Virus record (IMG/VR): IMGVR_UViG_2872698443_000006 | Source: a virus | Taxonomy: Duplodnaviria > Heunggongvirae > Uroviricota > Caudoviricetes | Reading direction: 5' to 3' (one strand) | DNA length: 30,712 nucleotides | Shown here: piece by piece, positions 18,136-24,827 of the stretch | Layout: each line of letters begins with the position of its first letter | How positions within the stretch are numbered: the first letter of the stretch is position 1 | Notes under the pieces: model-generated | What the model saw: the letters and a program-made list of their open reading frames with translations, nothing else | What the model was told of the DNA's origin: nothing | Databases searched by the model: none | Program-made: the position numbers and the translations under genes

Positions 18136-18990
18136 TCAGCAGTTCGTCATCAGGGCGTCACCGCCACCGCCGGTGGCTTTACTGCGGCGCTGCTGGGTCA
18201 GACTCTCGGTGTGGTCGAGACTGTTTTTCAGGCGGGTGAATGCCTGGCTGGTTTCATCCGCCCTGTCAGTCACCTCCTGCTTAAGAGCGGAAAAGGCGGT
18301 TTCCATCTCAGCGAGGCGCTGCTCAGTGGCACTCAGTTTTTCCTGCACATGTTCAGCAACAGCGGTCACCGCTTCATGCACGTCATTCAGACGGGCGTCA
18401 TCGCTGGCCTGCTTGCGGCCAAAAATGGATTTCACCTTTTCGGTCAGGGCGGTGAACACGGTTTCAGGCAGGTCTTCAAATTCCAGCTCAACGGGCGTTG
18501 CCACTGAAATCAGGTTTTCAGGGCTTAATTTGAAGCGGTTCAGGGGGTTGTGTTTTGCCGTGCGGCAGAATTCCAGGTATTCCGTGCCGAGGCTTGCCGG
18601 GTCATCGGTGACGGCCAGCCCCACCAGATAACATTTGCCGGTATTGGCAAAGTTCGGCTGAATTTCCATTGAGGTATAGACCTTCTGCGCGGCCTTGTTC
18701 ATCGCGATAAGGTCATCGGTCGGGGTGATTTTCGCAAACAGCGCCCATTTGCCTTTCAGCGCCGAATCATCGTCAATCTTTTCGGCCTTCAGTTCGGCCA
18801 CATCGCCATAACGTTTAAAAATACCGTCAGGCAGGATGCCGCGCAGATGTTCCAGGTTAATGCGGCAACCATAGACGCGCGGGTCAAAGGTTTCGGCCAT
18901 TTCCTGAATATCCTGCGCACTGATGACACGCCCGTCACAGGTGTCACCCTCAACGCCGATACGAAAGAATTTTGATGCTTTTTTTGCCAT
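18136..18990 (-). CDS. O: Capsid scaffolding protein O
   Basis: 284 aa from ATG 18988-18990 (MAKKASKFFRIGVEGDTCDGRVISAQDIQEM...); the ORF-track start at 19056 is an upstream extension. Confidence 0.9.
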   Translation of the reverse strand: MAKKASKFFRIGVEGDTCDGRVISAQDIQEMAETFDPRVYGCRINLEHLRGILPDGIFKRYGDVAELKAEKIDDDSALKGKWALFAKITPTDDLIAMNKAAQKVYTSMEIQPNFANTGKCYLVGLAVTDDPASLGTEYLEFCRTAKHNPLNRFKLSPENLISVATPVELEFEDLPETVFTALTEKVKSIFGRKQASDDARLNDVHEAVTAVAEHVQEKLSATEQRLAEMETAFSALKQEVTDRADETSQAFTRLKNSLDHTESLTQQRRSKATGGGGDALMTNC

Positions 18991-19163
18991 TGTCAGGAGT
19001 CCTGAATAGTGATTAGAGGAGTCACATGTCGGCATCAGTTTCCCGACGATGCGCATCCTCCGCCATCAGTCCCGGATGGCTTATCACTGACACAACAGCA
19101 CCTTAGCGAATCGCGGGACGCGACTCAGTAGCCTTGCCGTGTATTCATCACGGCGAGGTATTC
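18991..19163. promoter_or_regulatory. Divergent late promoter region (PO leftward, PP rightward), Ogr-dependent by analogy with P2
   Basis: 173-bp gap between divergent O and P starts. I looked for the P2 TGT-N12-ACA upstream element and found only partial dyads (GTCGG-N10-CCGAC at 19028-19047; ACAACA at 19089-19094), so exact promoter positions are not assigned. Confidence 0.4.
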
Positions 19164-20936
19164 ATGACCATCACCACAGACACCACTCTTTTACACGACC
19201 CGCGTCGTCAGGCGGCGCTGCTGTACTGGCAGGGGTTTTCCGTGCCGCAGATTGCCGCCATGTTGCAGATGAAACGCCCGACGGTGCAGAGCTGGAAACA
19301 GCGCGACGGCTGGGACAGCGTTGCCCCCATCAGCCGTGTCGAAATGAGTCTGGAAGCGCGGCTGACCCAGCTCATCATCAAACCGCAGAAAACCGGCGGT
19401 GACTTCAAGGAAATTGACCTGCTCGGACGCCAGATTGAACGACTGGCGCGGGTCAACCGCTACAGTCAGACCGGCAACGAGGCAGACCTTAATCCGAACG
19501 TCGCTAACCGCAACAAAGGCGGGCGTCGCAAACCGAAAAAGAATTTTTTCAGTGACGAGGCCATCGAAAAGCTGGAGCAGATTTTCTTTGAGCAGTCTTT
19601 CGAATATCAGTTGCACTGGTATCGCGCCGGACTTGAGCACCGCATCCGCGACATCCTGAAATCCCGCCAGATTGGCGCGACGTTTTATTTTTCCCGCGAG
19701 GCGCTGCTGCGCGCCCTGAAAACCGGTCATAACCAGATTTTTCTGTCGGCCAGTAAAACGCAGGCGTATGTGTTCCGCGAATACATCATCGCCTTTGCCC
19801 GTCTGGTTGACGTTGACCTGACCGGTGACCCGATTGTCCTGAGCAATAACGGCGCAAAACTGATTTTTCTCGGCACCAACTCCAACACCGCACAGAGCCA
19901 TAACGGCGACCTGTACGTCGACGAGATTTTCTGGATCCCGAATTTTCAGGTACTGCGTAAGGTGGCATCAGGTATGGCCTCACAGAGCCACCTGCGCTCG
20001 ACCTATTTCTCCACCCCGTCCACGCTGGCGCACGACGCCTATCCGTTCTGGTCGGGTGAACTGTTCAACCGGGGACGCGCCAGTGCCGCTGAACGCGTGG
20101 AAATCGACGTCAGTCATAACGCCCTTGCCGGTGGGCTTCTCTGTGCGGACGGCCAGTGGCGACAGATTGTCACCATTGAGGACGCGCTGAAAGGCGGCTG
20201 CACGCTGTTCGACATTGAGCAGCTCAAACGTGAAAACAGCGCCGACGATTTTAAAAACCTGTTCATGTGTGAATTTGTTGACGACAAGGCGTCGGTGTTC
20301 CCGTTCGAGGAGCTGCAACGCTGCATGGTCGACACGCTGGAAGAATGGGAAGACTATGCGCCGTTTGCCGCCAATCCGTTCGGCTCCCGCCCGGTATGGA
20401 TTGGTTACGACCCGTCACACCGTGGCGACAGCGCCGGATGCGTGGTGCTGGCACCGCCGGTGGTGGCCGGTGGCAAATTCAGGATCCTTGAGCGTCACCA
20501 GTGGAAAGGCATGGACTTTGCCACCCAGGCAGAATCCATCCGCAAACTCACCGAAAAATATAACGTTGAATACATCGGGATTGATGCCACCGGCCTCGGT
20601 GTCGGTGTGTTCCAGCTCGTGCGCTCGTTCTATCCCGCCGCTCGCGATATCCGCTACACGCCGGAAATGAAAACCGCAATGGTGCTCAAGGCAAAAGACG
20701 TTATCCGCCGTGGCTGTCTGGAATATGACGTCAGCGCCACCGACATCACCAGCTCGTTTATGGCTATCCGCAAGACCATGACCAGCAGCGGACGCAGCGC
20801 CACCTATGAGGCCAGCCGCAGCGAGGAAGCCAGCCACGCCGACCTCGCCTGGGCGACCATGCACGCCCTGTTAAATGAGCCACTCACCGCCGGTATCAGC
20901 ACCCCGCTGACATCCACCATTCTGGAGTTTTACTGA
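19164..20936 (+). CDS. P: Terminase large (ATPase) subunit P
   Basis: 590 aa from ATG 19164 (MTITTDTTLLHDPRRQAALLYWQGFSVPQIAAMLQ...), GAGG RBS; the ORF-track start at 19134 is a TTG extension. Confidence 0.9.
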   Translation: MTITTDTTLLHDPRRQAALLYWQGFSVPQIAAMLQMKRPTVQSWKQRDGWDSVAPISRVEMSLEARLTQLIIKPQKTGGDFKEIDLLGRQIERLARVNRYSQTGNEADLNPNVANRNKGGRRKPKKNFFSDEAIEKLEQIFFEQSFEYQLHWYRAGLEHRIRDILKSRQIGATFYFSREALLRALKTGHNQIFLSASKTQAYVFREYIIAFARLVDVDLTGDPIVLSNNGAKLIFLGTNSNTAQSHNGDLYVDEIFWIPNFQVLRKVASGMASQSHLRSTYFSTPSTLAHDAYPFWSGELFNRGRASAAERVEIDVSHNALAGGLLCADGQWRQIVTIEDALKGGCTLFDIEQLKRENSADDFKNLFMCEFVDDKASVFPFEELQRCMVDTLEEWEDYAPFAANPFGSRPVWIGYDPSHRGDSAGCVVLAPPVVAGGKFRILERHQWKGMDFATQAESIRKLTEKYNVEYIGIDATGLGVGVFQLVRSFYPAARDIRYTPEMKTAMVLKAKDVIRRGCLEYDVSATDITSSFMAIRKTMTSSGRSATYEASRSEEASHADLAWATMHALLNEPLTAGISTPLTSTILEFY

Positions 20937-21970
20937 TGAGCAAGAAAAAAGGGAAAACACCGCAACCTGCGGCAAAAACAATGACCGCCAGCGCCCCGAA
21001 AATGGAGGCATTCACCTTTGGTGAGCCGGTGCCGGTACTCGACCGCCGTGACATTCTGGATTACGTCGAGTGCATCAGTAACGGCAGATGGTATGAGCCA
21101 CCGGTCAGCTTTACCGGTCTGGCAAAAAGCCTGCGTGCTGCCGTACATCACAGCTCACCGATTTACGTCAAACGTAATATTCTGGCCTCGACATTTATCC
21201 CGCATCCGTGGCTTTCCCAGCAGGATTTCAGCCGCTTTGCGCTGGATTTTCTGGTGTTCGGTAATGCGTTTCTGGAAAAGCGTTACAGCACCACCGGTAA
21301 GGTCATCAGACTGGAAACCTCACCGGCAAAATATACCCGCCGTGGCGTGGAGGAGGATGTTTACTGGTGGGTGCCGTCCTTCAACGAGCCGACACCTTTC
21401 GCGCCCGGCTCCGTGTTTCATCTGCTGGAGCCGGATATTAATCAGGAGCTGTACGGTCTGCCGGAATATCTCAGCGCCCTTAACTCTGCCTGGCTGAATG
21501 AGTCGGCCACGCTGTTCCGCCGCAAGTATTACGAAAACGGCGCTCATGCCGGATATATCATGTACGTCACTGATGCCGTGCAGGATCGCAACGATATCGA
21601 AATGCTTCGCGAAAACATGGTCAAGTCGAAAGGCCGCAACAACTTTAAAAACCTGTTTCTCTATGCCCCGCAGGGGAAAGCTGACGGCATTAAAATTATC
21701 CCGCTCAGTGAAGTGGCAACGAAGGACGATTTTTTTAATATCAAAAAAGCCAGCGCCGCTGACCTGCTGGACGCGCACCGCATCCCCTTTCAGTTGATGG
21801 GCGGCAAGCCGGAGAACGTCGGGTCGCTGGGTGATATTGAGAAAGTGGCAAAGGTCTTTGTCCGCAATGAGCTTATCCCGTTACAGGACAGGATCCGCGA
21901 GATAAACGGCTGGCTCGGTCAGGAGGTCATCCGCTTTAAAAACTACTCACTGGACACTGACAACGGCTGA
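20936..21970 (+). CDS. Q: Portal (capsid portal vertex) protein Q
   Basis: 344 aa MSKKKGKTPQPAAKTMTASAPKMEAFTFGEPVPVLDRRDILDY...; ATG overlaps the P stop (TGATG). Confidence 0.9.
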   Translation: MSKKKGKTPQPAAKTMTASAPKMEAFTFGEPVPVLDRRDILDYVECISNGRWYEPPVSFTGLAKSLRAAVHHSSPIYVKRNILASTFIPHPWLSQQDFSRFALDFLVFGNAFLEKRYSTTGKVIRLETSPAKYTRRGVEEDVYWWVPSFNEPTPFAPGSVFHLLEPDINQELYGLPEYLSALNSAWLNESATLFRRKYYENGAHAGYIMYVTDAVQDRNDIEMLRENMVKSKGRNNFKNLFLYAPQGKADGIKIIPLSEVATKDDFFNIKKASAADLLDAHRIPFQLMGGKPENVGSLGDIEKVAKVFVRNELIPLQDRIREINGWLGQEVIRFKNYSLDTDNG

Positions 21971-21975
21971 ACATC

Positions 21976-21997
21976 GCCGCCTGCGGGCGGCTTTTTT
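21976..21997 (+). terminator. Rho-independent terminator downstream of Q
   Basis: GCCGCC-TGCG-GGCGGC stem-loop followed by TTTTTT, 6 nt after the Q stop. Confidence 0.75.
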
Positions 21998-22140
21998 ACA
22001 CCCCCGTCATCACGCCCTCACACGCTCATCACCGCACAAAAAATCCCGCAGACACACCAGCGCCCCGGCGCATAATCTAAACGCCATTACGACGCGCTGA
22101 GACGCTGAAAAAATAAAATCAGCACCACCGCCAGCGCGCA

Positions 22141-22159
22141 GTGCTTTCCCCGCCTCGCC
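22141..22159. other. cos site (19-nt cohesive end of the P2 type)
   Basis: GTGCTTTCCCCGCCTCGCC is the exact reverse complement of GGCGAGGCGGGGAAAGCAC, which I recall as the P2 cohesive-end sequence; located just beyond Q as expected. Confidence 0.8.
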
Positions 22160-22301
22160 CGCCCGCTTCATGGGTCGGTTTTAATGCAGTTGCATGAACA
22201 CGTCGAAACAGCACCAGTCCTGAACTAAAACAACCAATGTGAATGCTGCTTGCGCATGCAAATCCATGCATATTGTGTATGCATGATAACTGATTAGGTA
22301 A

Positions 22302-23000
22302 TTAATTCAGTTTTTTATACCGTGACCACCCTGATTTAACTGAGTTACGTTTAGATTCTTCCTCTATGCTTTGATACTCACTCTGTAATATTGAGAGAAA
22401 GTCTTTCCGCATCTTTAACTTGTATTGTTTCATTGCTGTTTCAATGATGAAATGCCCTTTTTTAAAGGATGGTCGACCTTCATATTTCAACCCTGACAAT
22501 AGAAATCTCAATCTAGGGTTTGACTCCATCCCAAATGCAAACTCCCACATATCGCTTATATTACATAGCGTATAAGGTATTGGCTTACCTCCCTGTTTAA
22601 GGTTATTAATCTTTAATGGTTCCTTAACATCACTAAACTTCATATAAACATTAACAATAGTACACTTCACACCGTGTAAATTTGTCACTTTGATATTAGC
22701 CAAGTCTTGCGATGAAAGCTTATCTGCTTTTTTTGCCGTAGAGGTCGTATATATAGGCGCAAAAACAACGTCAACTTTCTCTTTGCCTGACATCATCGCA
22801 TAATAACTTGTAAATAATGAAACCCCCACAGCCGCGAGAGTAGCCAATCCTGACACCCACCCTCCTAGCATTGTCCAAAATGCGACCTTGCTATTATTTT
22901 CACTCTCGCCCCATGCCCATTGAACTCCACCCAACACAAAACCAAATGCGAACATAAACAAGCAAAGACATATTATTAAAGCTATCCCACAATACTTCAT
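22302..23000 (-). CDS. Cargo gene: uncharacterised membrane-anchored protein (two N-terminal TM helices plus about 160-aa soluble domain)
   Basis: 232 aa; ATG 22998-23000 with AAGGA 9 nt upstream; TM1 IALIICLCLFMFAFGFVLGGV, TM2 FWTMLGGWVSGLATLAAVGVSLF; AT-rich codon usage unlike the rest of the prophage; no family recognised. Confidence 0.7.
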   Translation of the reverse strand: MKYCGIALIICLCLFMFAFGFVLGGVQWAWGESENNSKVAFWTMLGGWVSGLATLAAVGVSLFTSYYAMMSGKEKVDVVFAPIYTTSTAKKADKLSSQDLANIKVTNLHGVKCTIVNVYMKFSDVKEPLKINNLKQGGKPIPYTLCNISDMWEFAFGMESNPRLRFLLSGLKYEGRPSFKKGHFIIETAMKQYKLKMRKDFLSILQSEYQSIEEESKRNSVKSGWSRYKKLN

Positions 23001-23204
23001 GAAACAAATCCTTGATATAGAAAATCACAATATTTTCACACAACATTTAAACGAAATTTAAATCATCAAGCACTCTAATTACAAACAAAACAACGCACAA
23101 CACATCAAAAAAAATCATGTAAAACAAAAAAAATAGACATGCTTTAAGATCATCTTTCAATGCCACCGACACAATATCAAACTTCAGTATCGGTGGCATC
23201 ACCA

Positions 23205-23936
23205 TCAATTATTTAGTATCGAAACTATTTCACCCGTTTTCACATTAACACGCGCTGCTATTGTTTGCTTCACGACACCACCATAGGCATTAGTACCGCG
23301 AAATGTGGTTTTCACAATGGCGTGAGGGTCTTTATTCAGGATTAAATGATACACTGTTGACACATGTTTATAAGATGAATCATCGTTCATATTCTCTTTA
23401 ATTAACTTTTCCAATGGTCGATAAGAACCATCCCAACCACTAAAATTACTCTGAAATGTATCAAGGTTGATTTTATTGTTTAGTGATTGCGGATCTTTTT
23501 CATAATCATTAAAGCACCATCCAAGAACATCACCGAGTTTCAACTCATCATCTTTGGTAAAAGTATATTCACTCATGCAGGCATAAAATGCATCTGATGC
23601 GGTGACTGGCACTTCCTTAAAATCAATGTAACTATTTACAATATCGTGTCGAGTTTTCTTTGGCTCGTTCCGATATTCCTTGAGTGTTTTTCCACCATAT
23701 TCGAATGTTTTTTGGACTTGGTGTTCTGCAACGGTTGATGTTTCAGTTTTAGCAACTGGCTGGCTTTTTTCTGTTGGATAGAGTATTGAACCAATTATGC
23801 TCAATACAAAACCTCCTCCGAGATAAACCGCACTTGCACGTTTACGGTTTGGCATCCGCACCAGTGATGGTTTGATTAACCCGATGAAAAAAGCAACGAA
23901 AAAAGCGAGTGATAGAAAAGCGATTACAGTATCCAT
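23205..23936 (-). CDS. Cargo gene: uncharacterised membrane-anchored protein (two N-terminal TM helices plus about 190-aa soluble domain)
   Basis: 243 aa from ATG 23934-23936 (AAAGGA 5 nt upstream; the ORF-track start at 23960 is GTG); TM1 TVIAFLSLAFFVAFFIGLI, TM2 AVYLGGGFVLSIIGSILY; AT-rich; no family recognised. Confidence 0.7.
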   Translation of the reverse strand: MDTVIAFLSLAFFVAFFIGLIKPSLVRMPNRKRASAVYLGGGFVLSIIGSILYPTEKSQPVAKTETSTVAEHQVQKTFEYGGKTLKEYRNEPKKTRHDIVNSYIDFKEVPVTASDAFYACMSEYTFTKDDELKLGDVLGWCFNDYEKDPQSLNNKINLDTFQSNFSGWDGSYRPLEKLIKENMNDDSSYKHVSTVYHLILNKDPHAIVKTTFRGTNAYGGVVKQTIAARVNVKTGEIVSILNN

Positions 23937-24165
23937 AGCTATCCTTTTTGCATCATCCACATAAAAAATCGACCTTATGTTAGCAACAGGAAGCTTACTT
24001 TTGAATATTTGTAAGTTGTTAGCTTTAGCTCTCCGAGCTAACTCCTTTCAACCGTCAAAAACCAGCACCAACGCAGTAAAAATATTACTGTCAACTAACG
24101 CCTCGCTTCGCTCGTTGTTCAACCCCGCCAGCCCTGAAAACAAGTTTCACGACTGGCGGCGTTCT

Positions 24166-24372
24166 CTATCGTCTGCGTGGTGGTGGCATAACTCTGGATT
24201 GACCGATATGGTTAAACCGCCCGTAATTATCCCGGACTATTTCGGCACACCCGACCAGCTCGTCAGGCGTCAGATTTTCGTTAACCATAATCTGCTGTAG
24301 ACGGTGAACAATAGCCATCAGCTTGATATTTTTAGTTTTATGTTGCGGTATCTCGCCTGGTATTCTGTGCAT
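24166..24372 (-). CDS. Possible small protein (68 aa) coupled to the upstream ASCH-like gene
   Basis: ATG at 24370-24372 overlaps the TAA of the upstream gene (TAATG); no recognisable motif; could be non-coding. Confidence 0.3.
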   Translation of the reverse strand: MHRIPGEIPQHKTKNIKLMAIVHRLQQIMVNENLTPDELVGCAEIVRDNYGRFNHIGQSRVMPPPRRR

Positions 24373-24827
24373 TATCCAAGCCACCCGTTTTGCTGTGCAC
24401 GCTCCATCTGTTCATCTGAATAGTTCCATGCTCCATCCGTGGCAACCATTGCCCCGCCAGACATCCCCGTCTCTGGTTCATACATAACAGAAAGGCCGAG
24501 CTGATGCATAATTTCATGATTAATTCTGAATACCAGACCACGCTCACTAAGTTCTTTCCAGTTCACAATCTCATATGCGCCTGTATTAAGCAGCTCAATA
24601 CTTAGCAAGACATAATCTTCCAGCCAGTCTGACAGGTCAGTAACATCTGTTATCCGGGCTTCAACCTTTCGCCCCGTATACACACCCTGTACCCATTCAT
24701 GCAAAATCAACGTGTCCCCGCGCTCATAATTACGGTCATTTTTCCGAAACTCTGCGCGTTTCTTTCCTTCCAGCACAAGGTCAAAATATTTGGCGTGCAG
24801 CTTTACCTCGTGAATTTTTGCCATCAT
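24372..24827 (-). CDS. ASCH/PUA-like (DUF3850-like) domain protein with C-terminal HExxH motif
   Basis: About 151 aa from the ATG pair at 24825-24827 / 24822-24824, overlapping the A stop (ATGATGG). N-terminus KIHEVKLHAKYFDLVLEGKKRAEFRKNDRNYERGDTLILHEW fits the ASCH-like pattern as I recall it; C-terminal FRINHEIMHQLGL contains HExxH. Confidence 0.6.
   Translation of the reverse strand: MMAKIHEVKLHAKYFDLVLEGKKRAEFRKNDRNYERGDTLILHEWVQGVYTGRKVEARITDVTDLSDWLEDYVLLSIELLNTGAYEIVNWKELSERGLVFRINHEIMHQLGLSVMYEPETGMSGGAMVATDGAWNYSDEQMERAQQNGWLG

Noticed and set aside
19027-19048. Possible Ogr-binding late promoter element (TGT-N12-ACA)
   Set aside because: Only a partial dyad (GTCGG-N10-CCGAC) is present and it does not match the TGT/ACA half-sites; left as an unassigned dyad inside a generic promoter region.
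19134-19163. ORF-track N-terminal extensions using non-ATG or upstream starts (P from 19134 TTG; O to 19056; L to 16217; X to 15717; A to 27151 TTG; ogr to 282; lysB to 14251 TTG)
   Set aside because: Internal ATG codons with better RBS spacing give products matching the lengths and N-termini I recall for the P2 proteins; the extensions would also overlap upstream genes extensively.
23977-24300. 107-aa + strand ORF in the gap between the A operon and the cargo genes
   Set aside because: No RBS, overlaps the - strand small ORF, low-complexity composition; kept only as part of an unassigned region.
24707-24721. HExxH motif as proof of a metallopeptidase
   Set aside because: HExxH is a short motif that occurs by chance; the flanking domain is too small for a typical zincin. 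Reported only as a hypothesis, not as a protease call.
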